Positions 1 to 10,218 of a DNA stretch of 64,000 bases are shown here, piece after piece. The translations under genes were made by a program, and so were the position numbers. The stretch is from Caulobacteraceae bacterium. GTDB taxonomy: Bacteria > Pseudomonadota > Alphaproteobacteria > Caulobacterales > Caulobacteraceae. The notes beneath the pieces were generated by a model that worked only from the letters and a program-made list of their open reading frames with translations, ran no database searches and was not told the origin of the DNA. The stretch is taken from assembly GCA_052441165.1 (NCBI GenBank), contig JBQVQW010000014.1, positions 799 through 64,798 of the forward strand. Reading direction: 5' to 3'. The number at the start of each line of letters is the position of its first letter. The first letter of the stretch is position 1.

Positions 1-1414
1 CGCGCTGGACAAGTCTGTGAATGTCGCGCGCGATCGGCTTGAGTCGCTGGGTCGCGATCAGGCGCGCAAGGAGGCACGCGCGCAGGCGCTGGATGAAACG
101 CTGACCCGGCTGACCGGCGAGGTCGAGGCAGCTGAAACAGCGCTGGCCGAGGCTCAGGGAACCGAGGCGCCGTCCGAAACCCTCGCCGCCCTGCGCGACG
201 AACTGACGGCCGCCCGCGCCACTGCGGACACGGCGCGTGGCGCCTCGGCTACCGCCCGCGTGGAGCGCGATGCCGAAGCCCGCGAGGTCGCCGGCCGGCA
301 GTCCCGCGTCGAGGGTCTGGCGCGCGAGAAGGATGGCTGGGCCGGCCGGGCCAAGGACGCCAAGGCCCGCGTGGTCGCGCTGGAGAAGGACGCGGAGAAG
401 ACCGCCGCACGGTTGAAGGCCTCGGAGGAGGCGCCGGAACAGCTGGCGGCCCAGCGCTCAACCCTGCTGGACGCCCTGACGATCGCCGAAGTCCGTCGCA
501 AGGCCGCCGCCGACGCCCTGTCGGTCGCCGAGGCGCAGGCCGGTGACGCCGACCGCGCTGCTCGTGCGGCAGAGAGCGCCGCATCGCAGGCCCGCGAAGC
601 TCGCGCCGGCCTCGCCGCCCGCGAGGAGGCCGCTGCCGAACGCCTGCTGGACGCCATCAACATGGTCCGCGAGACGGCGCAGATGTCGCCGGAGGAACTG
701 GGCCAGAAGCTGACCGACGACGCCATCGCCCGTCCCCCGGACGCCGCCGGCGCCGAGAGCCTGCTCATGGGGCTTGAACGCGAGCGCGAGATGCTGGGCG
801 CGGTCAATCTGCTGGCCGAGGAAGAAGCCAACGAGTACGGCGACCGCCTGCAGACGATGAAGGTGGAACGTTCCGACCTGACCAGCGCCATCGCCAAGCT
901 GCGAGACGGGATCGACGAGCTGAACGCGGAAGGCCGCGAACGTCTGATCGCCGCCTTCGACATTATCAACGACAACTTCAAGGCGCTGTTCGAGGCCCTG
1001 TTCGGCGGCGGTCAGGCCGAGCTGAAGCTGGTCGAGAGCGACGATCCGCTGGAGGCCGGTCTGGAGATCTTCGCCTGCCCGCCCGGCAAGCGTCTTGCGG
1101 TGATGAGCCTGATGAGCGGCGGCGAGCAGGCCCTGACGGCGGCGGCCCTGATCTTCGCCGTCTTCCTGGCAAACCCGGCGCCCGTCTGCGTTCTGGACGA
1201 GGTGGACGCGCCGCTGGACGACGCGAACGTCGACCGCTTCTGCCGCATGCTGGACGAGATGCGGAACCGCACTGACACACGCTTCATCGTCATCACCCAC
1301 AACCCTGTGACCATGAGCCGGATGGATCGCCTCTATGGCGTGACGATGCCCGAGCGCGGAGTCAGCCAGCTGGTGAGCGTCGACCTGACCCAGGCGGAGA
1401 CTCTGGTGGCCTAG
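1..1414 (+). CDS. smc: Chromosome segregation protein SMC, C-terminal part (5' truncated by the window)
   Basis: Frame is open from base 2. Long Ala/Glu/Arg coiled coil, then signature [11 protein letters not shown], Walker B/D-loop [12 protein letters not shown] and switch ITHN. Confidence 0.97.
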   Translation, partial: ALDKSVNVARDRLESLGRDQARKEARAQALDETLTRLTGEVEAAETALAEAQGTEAPSETLAALRDELTAARATADTARGASATARVERDAEAREVAGRQSRVEGLAREKDGWAGRAKDAKARVVALEKDAEKTAARLKASEEAPEQLAAQRSTLLDALTIAEVRRKAAADALSVAEAQAGDADRAARAAESAASQAREARAGLAAREEAAAERLLDAINMVRETAQMSPEELGQKLTDDAIARPPDAAGAESLLMGLEREREMLGAVNLLAEEEANEYGDRLQTMKVERSDLTSAIAKLRDGIDELNAEGRERLIAAFDIINDNFKALFEALFGGGQAELKLVESDDPLEAGLEIFACPPGKRLAVMSLMSGGEQALTAAALIFAVFLANPAPVCVLDEVDAPLDDANVDRFCRMLDEMRNRTDTRFIVITHNPVTMSRMDRLYGVTMPERGVSQLVSVDLTQAETLVA

Positions 1415-2136
1415 CCTCCCGGGCTAGCGAAAACTTCCGTCTTCAGGAACCAGCCGAAGATCGCGGGCCCCTCGATCACGTAACGCCGGAACATGCGCTT
1501 CGGTTGGCTGAGCAAACGATGGAGCCATTCCAGCGAGAGCTGCTGGAACACTTTCGGCGCGCGGTGCTGGCGGCCGGTGAGGAAGTCGATGGACGCGCCG
1601 ACGCACAGGGCGACGCCGAAGGGGCGGCCAGAGACGCGCAGGGCGTGGGCGAAGCGTTCCTGCTTGGGGAAGGAGACGCAGGTCAGCAGCACGTCCCAGT
1701 CGGCCTTGCAGGCGGTCTTCACCGTGGCGTCCCATTCGGGCGAGCCGGGCGTCAGCATTGGGGCCTCGATGTATGTGAACCGCCGGGCCGGATAGCGGGC
1801 GACCAGATCGTCGAAAGCTGCGCGGTCGGGGCCGAAGACGCCGAAGGTCAGGTCGTGGCCCGAGGCCAGCAGGTCGGCGGTCATATCCGAGCCCGGATAG
1901 ACCGACAGACGCTTCCCGCGCAGGCGCGCGAGATGAGCCAGGATGCGGCTGTCGCAGATCATCAGGGCCGCGCCGCGATAAACGTCTTCGGCGACCCGGC
2001 CATCCATCAGCTTGATGACGTGATCCACATTGGGCGTAACGACATAGCCGTACGGCTGCCGCGCCATCGCCGCGACCTGATCCAGCAGGGTGGCGCGGTC
2101 GCCTTCAGCGAAATCGAGGGTCATGAAGCGCGTCAT
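1411..2136 (-). CDS. WecB/TagA/CpsF family glycosyltransferase
   Basis: Motifs [40 protein letters not shown]. Stop codon overlaps the smc stop at CTAG. Confidence 0.9.
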   Translation of the reverse strand: MTRFMTLDFAEGDRATLLDQVAAMARQPYGYVVTPNVDHVIKLMDGRVAEDVYRGAALMICDSRILAHLARLRGKRLSVYPGSDMTADLLASGHDLTFGVFGPDRAAFDDLVARYPARRFTYIEAPMLTPGSPEWDATVKTACKADWDVLLTCVSFPKQERFAHALRVSGRPFGVALCVGASIDFLTGRQHRAPKVFQQLSLEWLHRLLSQPKRMFRRYVIEGPAIFGWFLKTEVFASPGG

Positions 2137-2184
2137 GACGAAAGCCTACTCGAACGGCGGTCAACGGCCGGTTACGATGGGGAC

Positions 2185-2646
2185 ATGCAAATGCACGCCG
2201 TTGCCTCGCTGGCTGCCCTTCTTGCCTCACCCGTGGCGGCGCAGGATGCAGAACCTCATCACCTGGTGCTGGCCGGTGTGGGCCGCTTCGCAGTTTTCGC
2301 GGACCTGACCTCGGTGAGGCCGGACGGGAATGGCGTGCGGATGCGGGCCTTCCAGGTGGCGGAAGAGGATTTCGAGGTCGCCGGACAGGCCTACTGGGGC
2401 GGCTGGTCGTGGTGGCGGTTCGATTGCGACAACCGGATGGCGGACCGGGTGGATTTTGCAGCAGTGAAGGCTGGCGGCGTGGAAGGTCCGACGATGTCCG
2501 ACGACGCCCCGGCCTATGAGGCGGCACCCGGCGGTGATGCGGCGGAGCTTCTGGAGATCGCCTGCCGCTCGCCCGGGAACTGGCGCGACGGATATGAAAC
2601 CCTCGAGGCCGCCGTCAGGGCTGGTCGGGCTGCGCTGGCTGGGTGA
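2185..2646 (+). CDS. Secreted hypothetical protein (possibly Adhesin_E-like)
   Basis: 3' part of ORF 1504-2646. ATG at 2185/2191, signal-like AVASLAALLASPVAA-QD, two Cys (FDC, IAC). Fills the gap between two genes. Confidence 0.65.
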   Translation: MQMHAVASLAALLASPVAAQDAEPHHLVLAGVGRFAVFADLTSVRPDGNGVRMRAFQVAEEDFEVAGQAYWGGWSWWRFDCDNRMADRVDFAAVKAGGVEGPTMSDDAPAYEAAPGGDAAELLEIACRSPGNWRDGYETLEAAVRAGRAALAG

Positions 2647-3757
2647 TCAGGCCGTCGGCCGGATGCGAAAGCCCCGCGTTGAGCTGACGCTGCCTCGGCA
2701 GGGCCTCCGGACACCGGTCCCGCATGAAGGCCAGCATCTTCTCGCGGATCTCGCAGCGCAGGTCGAAGGCGGTCGGGGCGTTGCGAGCGCTGGCAAGGCA
2801 GCGAATCTGGGCCGTGCGGTCGCTGATGTCGGTGACCTGCAGATTGACCACGTCGCCATCCCACAAAGGGCTTCCCCTGCAGATTCGCTCCAGCTCGGCG
2901 CGCAGGAGATCGATCGGCGCTTCGTAGTCGACGTAGAGGAAGGCCGAGCCGATCAGCCGCGCATTCTCACGGGTCCAGTTCTGGAACGGTTTGGAGATGA
3001 AGTAGCTGAGCGGCAGGATCATTCGCCGCCAGTCCCATAGCTTCACCACCACATAGGTGGAGGTGATCTCCTCGATCTGACCCCACTCGCCCTCGACAAT
3101 GACGGCGTCGTCCAGCCGGATCGGCTGGTCCGTGGCGATCTGGATGCCGGCGATCATATTGGTCAGAAGCGGCTGCAGCGCCAGGCCGGCGATGATGCCG
3201 ACCACGCCGGCCGAGGCCAGCAGGCTCATGCCCCACTGACGCACTGCGCCGATGGTCATGAGAGCCAGCCCCAGGGTGACGATGCCGATCAGCAGGGCCG
3301 ATACCCGCTGAAGGATGCGGGCCTGGGTCACATGCTTGCGGGCGATGAGGTTGTCCTCTGCCGCCATGTTGAACCGACGCAGATAGACCACCGCCCACAT
3401 GTCGCTGGCGCCGATGGCCATCCAGCCCAATGTCAGGATGAAGAGAAACAGAAGCGCCTGCCGGATGGCGAGCGAGGGCCCGGGATCCAGCGGGGAGATG
3501 GTGACCGCGAAAGCCAGGGCCGCGATCATCACCGCGACCCGCACCTTCAGCCGCGCGCGGCCGACGAGGCCGCGCCAGAACAGGTCGCGCTTGCGCACGA
3601 TGAACTGCAGCAGGGCGAAGACGATCTGGTTCGCAGCCCAGCCGATCACCACGCAGACGGCGACAATGACGCTGACGACGACCCACTCGGGCAGCCAGTG
3701 GAATTCGCGCCAGAGGCGGAAGACCTCGCGGGTCAGATCGGTGACGAAGCTCGGCAT
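2615..3757 (-). CDS. Small-conductance mechanosensitive channel (MscS family)
   Basis: Several TM helices, GLALQPLLTNMIAGIQI, GD-like IVEGEWGQIEEITSTY, PFQNWT. Confidence 0.9.
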   Translation of the reverse strand: MPSFVTDLTREVFRLWREFHWLPEWVVVSVIVAVCVVIGWAANQIVFALLQFIVRKRDLFWRGLVGRARLKVRVAVMIAALAFAVTISPLDPGPSLAIRQALLFLFILTLGWMAIGASDMWAVVYLRRFNMAAEDNLIARKHVTQARILQRVSALLIGIVTLGLALMTIGAVRQWGMSLLASAGVVGIIAGLALQPLLTNMIAGIQIATDQPIRLDDAVIVEGEWGQIEEITSTYVVVKLWDWRRMILPLSYFISKPFQNWTRENARLIGSAFLYVDYEAPIDLLRAELERICRGSPLWDGDVVNLQVTDISDRTAQIRCLASARNAPTAFDLRCEIREKMLAFMRDRCPEALPRQRQLNAGLSHPADGLITQPAQPDQP

Positions 3758-3801
3758 GGCCAAGCTCTAACGCGAGTCGCCCCCTCAGGGTCCCCGGCGG
3801 G

Positions 3802-4890
3802 TCAGCCCGCCGCAGCCTCGACCATGTCGGCGAGGCGCTGCGTGGCGTCCGGCAGGGCGGCGGAGCGGGCGCCGGCGCTCATGGCGGCGAGGCGGGCGGG
3901 ATCGGACAGCAGGCCGTTCAGGGCCGCGGTCAGGGCCTCCACCGTGACGGCGCCCTCCATCATCACCTCGGCCCCGCCGGCGTCGGCGAGGCTGGCGGCG
4001 TTGAAGCGCTGGTGATCGTCCATGGCGATGCCGAGCGGAATGAGCAGCGACGGCACGCCCGTGACGGCCAGCTCCGAGCAGGTCGAGGCGCCGGCGCGGC
4101 CGATGACCAGATGCGCCTGCGACAGCCGCTGGGCCATATCGCGGAAGAAGGGGGCGACCTCGGCGTCGATGCTGGCCTCCAGATAGATCTGGCGCGCGGC
4201 CTCGAGGGTTTCGGGGCGCGACTGCTGCTGGACCTTGAGACGGGCCTTCAGCGGCTCCGGCAGGGCGGCGAGCGCCTGCGGCACGGCCTCGGACAGGATG
4301 CGGGCGCCCTGGCTGCCGCCGGTGACGAGGACATGGATCGGGGCGCCGTCGGCGGGGGCGCTGAACGGGCGGTCGAACAGGGCGCGGATGTCCGGACGCA
4401 CCGGGTTACCGATCAGGCTGACCCGCGCGCCCATGCCCTGCGGCACCTTTTGCAGGTTGGGGAAGGACGAGGCGATCTGGCCGACGTAGGGCGCCAGCCA
4501 GCGGTTGGTCCGGCCCAGCACGGCGTTCTGTTCGTGCAGCAGGGTCGGACGCTTCTGGCTGAGGGCGGCCAGCAGGGCGGGGGCGGACGGATAGCCGCCG
4601 AAGCCGACGACGACCGAGGCGTCCAGCCGCTTCAGCGCCGAGCGGGCCTGCACCACGCCCTTGAGGATGGCGACGCCGGCCCTGGCCATGCCGATCGGAC
4701 CGCGGCCGGTGGCGGCGTCCAGAGCCAGCCGCTCCTCGGCCGGGAAGTTGTGGGCATAGGCCTCGCCGCGCCGGTCGGTCGCCAGCACGATCCGCCAGCC
4801 GCGCGCGGACAGTTCGCGGGACAGGGCCTCGGCGGGGAACATGTGCCCGCCGGTGCCCCCGGCGGCGACGACGCAGACTTTGGAGTTCAT
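3802..4890 (-). CDS. murG: Undecaprenyl-PP-MurNAc-pentapeptide GlcNAc transferase
   Basis: AGGTGGHMFPA, GFGGYPS, HEQN, GGSQGA, RAGASTCSE, DHQRFNA. Confidence 0.97.
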   Translation of the reverse strand: MNSKVCVVAAGGTGGHMFPAEALSRELSARGWRIVLATDRRGEAYAHNFPAEERLALDAATGRGPIGMARAGVAILKGVVQARSALKRLDASVVVGFGGYPSAPALLAALSQKRPTLLHEQNAVLGRTNRWLAPYVGQIASSFPNLQKVPQGMGARVSLIGNPVRPDIRALFDRPFSAPADGAPIHVLVTGGSQGARILSEAVPQALAALPEPLKARLKVQQQSRPETLEAARQIYLEASIDAEVAPFFRDMAQRLSQAHLVIGRAGASTCSELAVTGVPSLLIPLGIAMDDHQRFNAASLADAGGAEVMMEGAVTVEALTAALNGLLSDPARLAAMSAGARSAALPDATQRLADMVEAAAG

Positions 4891-4991
4891 GAGGGTTTTT
4901 TTGCCTGAGGACAGAGGGAGGCGCTACTGGTCTGCGCTCTGTGTGGCGGTGCGGTCTGCTGGTCCGTTGTGATGAGCCAGAGATGCCCAAA

Positions 4992-6170
4992 CTAGGGCAG
5001 GATGCGCCGCCGATCCGCCAAAGATGCTCCGGGCTCATACGCTCCCGGACGCCGACGGGTCAGGGCAAGGGCGAAGCCCATGGTCAGCCCCATCGCCATC
5101 ATCGAGGAGCCGCCATAGCTGATGAACGGCAGGGTCATGCCCTTGGTCGGGATCAGGTTGAGGTTCACCGCCACATTGATGCAGGCCTGCAGGCCGACCA
5201 GCATGAACAGGCCGGCGGCCGCCGTCTGCTCGAAACTGTCGTTCAGCTTCATCGCCTTGCGCATGCCGCGCAGGACGATGAAGGCGTAAAGGCCGATCAT
5301 GGCCAGGGACAGCACGAGGCCGAACTCCTCGGCGCCGACCGAATAGATGAAGTCGGTGTGCAGGTCGGGTACGTGGCGCTTCATCACGCCCTCGCCGACG
5401 CCTCGGCCGACCAGACCGCCGGCGCGGATGGCCTCGGAGGCGCGGTCGATCTGGTGGGTGTCGGTCGTCTCGGGCGAGAAGAAGCGGCTGAGGCGGTCAC
5501 GCATGTGGCTAAAGGCGAAGTACAGCCCCACGACCCCCGCGGCGCCAGCCGCGCCCAGCGCGGCCACCCACTTCAGCGGCACCCCGGCCATGAAGAAGAC
5601 GGCCATGAAGGTGGTGGTGATCAGCAGGGTCTGGCCGATGTCCGGCTGGATCAGCAGCAGACCGACCGTCAGGGCCCAGCCGCCGAAGGCGATGCTGACG
5701 CCCGGCACACCCTGCCCCTTCTGCGCCTCTGAGAACATCCAGGCGGCGAAGACGATCAGGCTGGGCTTGGCGAATTCGGACGGCTGCAGGCTGAACGGGC
5801 CCAGGTTGATCCAGCGCGCCGCGCCTTTCACCTCATTGCCGATGAACGGCAGGGCAGCCATGACGACGATGGCGCCCAGCAGGCCCAGCACCGCGATGCG
5901 TCGCACGCCACGCGGCGACAGCAACGACGTCGTCAGCATCAGCACCAGACCGCCCGAGGCCCAGACCATCATCCGCCACGAGTAGTGGAAGGGATCGCTG
6001 ATCGACTGGTCGGCGAGAATGGCGGCGGGCGACGAGGCGAAGCTGAGCGCGACGCCGAGGCCCATCAGGGTCAGTGCGGCGGCCAGCAGGCCGCGGTCGA
6101 CGGTCCAGAACCACTTGGCCAGCGGGCTCTGGTCGTTGCGGGAGAAGGCGGGCGTATAGCTGTGCGTCAT
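4992..6170 (-). CDS. ftsW: Peptidoglycan glycosyltransferase FtsW
   Basis: KGAARWI, QPSEFAKP, QPDIG, HTDFI, GMTLPFISYGGSS; position in the dcw cluster. Confidence 0.97.
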   Translation of the reverse strand: MTHSYTPAFSRNDQSPLAKWFWTVDRGLLAAALTLMGLGVALSFASSPAAILADQSISDPFHYSWRMMVWASGGLVLMLTTSLLSPRGVRRIAVLGLLGAIVVMAALPFIGNEVKGAARWINLGPFSLQPSEFAKPSLIVFAAWMFSEAQKGQGVPGVSIAFGGWALTVGLLLIQPDIGQTLLITTTFMAVFFMAGVPLKWVAALGAAGAAGVVGLYFAFSHMRDRLSRFFSPETTDTHQIDRASEAIRAGGLVGRGVGEGVMKRHVPDLHTDFIYSVGAEEFGLVLSLAMIGLYAFIVLRGMRKAMKLNDSFEQTAAAGLFMLVGLQACINVAVNLNLIPTKGMTLPFISYGGSSMMAMGLTMGFALALTRRRPGAYEPGASLADRRRILP

Positions 6171-7540
6171 GACGCGCTCGCAGGTGTTGCGCCGAGGGCG
6201 AGGACGGCGGCGCGGAAGGCCTCTCCCCTCGCCTCGAAGTCGGGATATTGGTCGAAGCTGGCGGCGGCGGGGCTGAGCAGCACCACTTCGTCGCGTCCCG
6301 TGGCGGCGGCGGCTTCGTATGCGGCCTTCACCGCTGTCTGCATGTCGCCGCTGATACGATGGGGCGTGTCGCCCAGCGCCGCGGCGAAGGGTCCGGCGGC
6401 CTCGCCGATCAGGAACGCCTCGACGACGCGGGGGAACAGATCGTCCAGATCGTCGATCCCGCCCGCCTTGGCCCGCCCGCCGGCGATCCAGAAGCTGCGG
6501 TCGTAGGACAGCAGCGCCTGCCGGGCGGCGTCGGCATTGGTGGCCTTGGAGTCGTTGACGAAGCGGACCCGGCCGAGCTGGCCGACGGTCTCCATCCGGT
6601 GCGCGAGGCCGGGAAAGGAGAGCAGGCCCTCGATGACGGTCTTATGCGGGATGCCGAGCGCGCGTGCGGTCGCCCATGCGAAGGCGGCGTTCTGGGCGTT
6701 GTGGCGTCCGGGGAGAGAGCGGGCGGCGGTGAGGTCGACGACCTCGCCATTGGCCTCCAGCCAGCCGGCGCGGGCGAAGACGCCTCGTGTCGGCGAAGCG
6801 GGCTCCGCGGTCGAGATCGGGGTCGCGTTCGACAGGCTGTCGAAGATCTTCCGGCCCCACGTCTCGTCCGTACCCACCAGTTGCACTTCGGCGTGGGTGA
6901 AAATCCGTGCCTTGGCCTTCACATAGCCTTCCATCCCGCCATGACGGTCCAGATGGTCCGGCGAGATATTGGTCAGGATGGCGACGTCGGGGGCGAAGCG
7001 GGTGGTCAGGTCCAGCTGGTAGCTGGACACCTCGATCACATAGACCGCTTCCGGAGTCGGCTCCGGCAGGGCCAGAACACCGATGCCGATGTTGCCGCCG
7101 ACGTGGACGGTCAGGCCGGCCTGTTTCAGCACCCAGCCGATCAGGGCGGTGGTGGTCGACTTGCCGTTGGTGCCGGTGATGGCGACCACGCGGGGACGCT
7201 TGCCGGCCGGCAGGGCCTCCAGGGCGCGGGCGAACAGTTCGATGTCGCCGATCACCTCGACACCGGCCGCTTTGGCCTTCCCAACGGTCCAGTGCGGCTT
7301 GGGATGGGTCAGGGGTGCGCCGGGCGACAGAATGAGAGCCGCGAAGCCGGACCAGTCAGCGGTGGTCAGATCTTCGACGGCGAAGCCCTCGGCCTCGGCC
7401 TGCATGCGGCTGGAGACGCTGTCGTCCCACAGGATCGGCAAGGCTCCGCCGGCCCTGAGCGCGCGCGCGGCCGTCAGTCCCGACCTGCCGAGGCCGAAGA
7501 CCGCGATCCTCCGCCCTTCGAAGCCGGGGACGGGGATCAT
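6167..7540 (-). CDS. murD: UDP-MurNAc-L-Ala:D-Glu ligase
   Basis: GLGRSG, ITGTNGKSTT, EVSSYQL, DHLDRH, NDSKATN, SPAAASFDQY. ATG at 7540 has GGAG 8 nt upstream. Confidence 0.97.
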   Translation of the reverse strand: MIPVPGFEGRRIAVFGLGRSGLTAARALRAGGALPILWDDSVSSRMQAEAEGFAVEDLTTADWSGFAALILSPGAPLTHPKPHWTVGKAKAAGVEVIGDIELFARALEALPAGKRPRVVAITGTNGKSTTTALIGWVLKQAGLTVHVGGNIGIGVLALPEPTPEAVYVIEVSSYQLDLTTRFAPDVAILTNISPDHLDRHGGMEGYVKAKARIFTHAEVQLVGTDETWGRKIFDSLSNATPISTAEPASPTRGVFARAGWLEANGEVVDLTAARSLPGRHNAQNAAFAWATARALGIPHKTVIEGLLSFPGLAHRMETVGQLGRVRFVNDSKATNADAARQALLSYDRSFWIAGGRAKAGGIDDLDDLFPRVVEAFLIGEAAGPFAAALGDTPHRISGDMQTAVKAAYEAAAATGRDEVVLLSPAAASFDQYPDFEARGEAFRAAVLALGATPASAS

Positions 7541-7551
7541 GCGAGACACTC

Positions 7552-7685
7552 CGTCATCCTCGGGCTTGACCCGAGGATCGGATGTTCAGGGGGCTGTGCA
7601 GGGACGTTGGGGCCCTGCTGACGCCAGCGCGCCAGAGGAAGAGCGCGCACGACGTCCGACCCTCGGGTCAAGCCCGAGGGTGACG
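7552..7685. repeat. CGTC-tagged REP doublet (inverted pair of palindromes), copy A
   Basis: Left end cgtcatcctcgggcttgacccgaggatcggatg; right end is the reverse complement of cgtcaccctcgggcttgacccgagggtcggacg. A second copy lies at 59236-59343. Confidence 0.9.
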
Positions 7686-7709
7686 GTGCAGGTGCTGAAA
7701 GCGGAGTGA

Positions 7710-8819
7710 TCACCGCAGCTTCAGGGTGGCGAGGCCGGCGAGCGCCAGCATGGCGGAGACGATCCAGAAGCGGATGACGACCGTCGATTCCGGCCAGCCC
7801 ATCTTCTCGAAATGGTGGTGGATCGGGGCCATCAGGAAGATGCGCTTCTTCGTGGCCTTGAAGTAGGCGACCTGGATCATCACCGACGCGGCTTCGACGA
7901 CGAACAGGCCGCCGACGATGCCCAGCACCAGTTCGTGCTTGGTCGCGACGGCGATGGCGCCCAGGGCGCCGCCGAGCGCCAGCGAACCGGTATCGCCCAT
8001 GAAAATCTTGGCCGGCGGGGCGTTGTACCAGAGGAAGCCCGTGCCGCCGCCGATAATGGCCGCGGTGAAGACGGCCAGTTCGCCCGCGCCCGGGACGTGG
8101 TGGACGCCCAGGTAGTTGGAGAAGATGTAGTTGCCGACCAGATAGGCGATGATGCCGAAGGCGGCCGAGGCCATCATCACCGGCACGATGGCCAGACCGT
8201 CGAGGCCGTCCGTCAGGTTCACGGCGTTCGAGAAGCCGATGATCGTGAAGGCGGCGAACGCGACGTAGAACCAGCCGACATTCAGCAGCACGGCCTTGAA
8301 GAACGGGAAGGCGATCGAGGTCTCGAGATTGGGCGAGGTCGGCGACTGGGTCATCCAGAGCACCGTCATGACGCCGGCGATGACGGCGACCACGGTCTGG
8401 GCCAGCAGCTTCTGTTTCGAGGTCAGGCCGGCCGAAGTCTGCTTGGTGACCTTGGCGTAGTCGTCGATGAAGCCCAGCACTCCGAAGGCGGCTGTAACGA
8501 ACGAGACGATCCAGATGTAGGGATTGGTCAGGTCGCCCCATAGCAGCACGGCCACCGCGATGCCGGCGAGGATCATCAGGCCGCCCATCGTCGGGGTGCC
8601 GACCTTGGACAGGTGGGTGACCGGACCGTCGGAGCGGATCGGCTGGCCCTTGCCCTGTTTGACCCGCATCGAGGCGATGAACCGGCTGCCCATGGCCACC
8701 GCAACGATCATGGCCGTGGCCATCGCGAGGGCGACGCGGACGGTCTGGTACTGAACGAGGTTGAGCAGGGGGTAGTCCTGCGCGACGTCCGCGTAATAGA
8801 GATACAGCAGATAAAACAT
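7710..8819 (-). CDS. mraY: Phospho-N-acetylmuramoyl-pentapeptide transferase
   Basis: [42 protein letters not shown]. Confidence 0.98.
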   Translation of the reverse strand: MFYLLYLYYADVAQDYPLLNLVQYQTVRVALAMATAMIVAVAMGSRFIASMRVKQGKGQPIRSDGPVTHLSKVGTPTMGGLMILAGIAVAVLLWGDLTNPYIWIVSFVTAAFGVLGFIDDYAKVTKQTSAGLTSKQKLLAQTVVAVIAGVMTVLWMTQSPTSPNLETSIAFPFFKAVLLNVGWFYVAFAAFTIIGFSNAVNLTDGLDGLAIVPVMMASAAFGIIAYLVGNYIFSNYLGVHHVPGAGELAVFTAAIIGGGTGFLWYNAPPAKIFMGDTGSLALGGALGAIAVATKHELVLGIVGGLFVVEAASVMIQVAYFKATKKRIFLMAPIHHHFEKMGWPESTVVIRFWIVSAMLALAGLATLKLR

Positions 8820-8823
8820 GCGG

Positions 8824-10218
8824 TTAGCCTCCCAGCGCCGCCAGAGCCTTCGCGACCAGCGAAGCCTTCGACCCGTTCGAACCCTTGACCATCACGACGT
8901 CCCCCGGACCTGCAAGCGTCGCCGCATCGGCGGCCAGCTCTGCGGCGGTCTCGCGCCACTCGCCGCGACGGGCGTCGGGCAGGACGTCATGGAGTTTTTT
9001 CATCTCCGGCCCTGCGGCGTGGACCAGATCAAGACCCGCGGCGTCGATCGGCCCCGCAAGGCCTTCGTGCAGGGCGCGCGACTGGTCGCCCAGCTCCAGC
9101 ATGTCGGTCAGGACCACGATGCGGCGCCCACCCGCCGGGACCGGCCGGGCGCCGAGGCTGCGGAAGCCGGCGGCCATGGACAGCGGATTGGCGTTGTAGC
9201 TCTCGTCGACGAGGGTGAAGGTCCCGCCGGGGACGGAGACGACCGCGACCTGGCCCCGGCCGGCCAGCGGCTGGAAGTCGGCCAGCGCCTTGAGCGCGGT
9301 GTCGAGAGAGACGTCCAGCGCGTCGAGCATCAGCAGGACGCAGAGGCTGTTCAGACCCCAGTGGAAGCCCGATTGGCTGAGCGGGAAGTCCAGCGGCTTG
9401 CCAAACAGCTCGGCGCGAACGACAGCGCCGCCCAGCGCCGGTTCGAACGCCAGCAAGCGGGCGTCGTGTCCGGCCTTCGTCCCGAAGGTGACACGGCGGG
9501 CGCCGGCTCGGCGGGCCGCCTCGTCCAGCACATGGGCGAAGGCGATGTCGCCGTTGAGAACGGCCGTGCCGCCCTCGGCCAGACCCTCGAAGATGGAGGC
9601 CTTCTCGGCGGCCACTCCGGCCTCGCCGTCGGCGAAGGCCTCGATGTGGACCAGACCGACCGTAGTCACGCAGGCGGCGTGGGGGCGGACGAATTTCGAC
9701 AGGGGCGCGATCTCGCCCGGCGCATTCATGCCGATCTCGAATACGGCGCGCTGGGTCGACTGCGGCATGCGGGCCAGCGTCAGGGGCACGCCGATGTGGT
9801 TGTTGTAGCTCTTGATCGAGGCGTGGGCCGGTCCGGCGAGGTCGAGGCCGGCCTTGATGGCCTGGGTCACGCTGGTCTTGCCGACCGAGCCGGTGACGGC
9901 GCCGCGGCGGACGTGAGGGGCGCGGTCGCGGGAGAAGACGCCCATGGCCTCCAGCCCGCGCAAGGTGTCGGCGACCGACACCGACGGGCCGCCCTCGACC
10001 GGATGTTCGGTCAGGGCGCCGGTCGCGCCGGCGGCGAAGGCGGAGGCGGCGAATTCGTGCCCGTCCCGCGCGCCCTTCAGGGCGAGGAACAGGTCGCCGG
10101 GGACGATCTCGCGGCTGTTGTAGGTCAGGCCGTGCGCCTCGAACGGCGCGCCGGACAGGCGTCCTCCGGTCGCAGCCTCGATCTCGGCGGACGTCCAGAG
10201 GGGAGTGGTGTCAGGCAT
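8824..10218 (-). CDS. murF: UDP-MurNAc-tripeptide:D-Ala-D-Ala ligase
   Basis: [41 protein letters not shown]. Confidence 0.97.
   Translation of the reverse strand: MPDTTPLWTSAEIEAATGGRLSGAPFEAHGLTYNSREIVPGDLFLALKGARDGHEFAASAFAAGATGALTEHPVEGGPSVSVADTLRGLEAMGVFSRDRAPHVRRGAVTGSVGKTSVTQAIKAGLDLAGPAHASIKSYNNHIGVPLTLARMPQSTQRAVFEIGMNAPGEIAPLSKFVRPHAACVTTVGLVHIEAFADGEAGVAAEKASIFEGLAEGGTAVLNGDIAFAHVLDEAARRAGARRVTFGTKAGHDARLLAFEPALGGAVVRAELFGKPLDFPLSQSGFHWGLNSLCVLLMLDALDVSLDTALKALADFQPLAGRGQVAVVSVPGGTFTLVDESYNANPLSMAAGFRSLGARPVPAGGRRIVVLTDMLELGDQSRALHEGLAGPIDAAGLDLVHAAGPEMKKLHDVLPDARRGEWRETAAELAADAATLAGPGDVVMVKGSNGSKASLVAKALAALGG

Noticed and set aside
1411-1427. CTAG-cctcccggg-CTAG as a possible IS5-type footprint
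   Set aside because: Too short, and explained by overlapping TAG stops plus chance. No IS remnants nearby.
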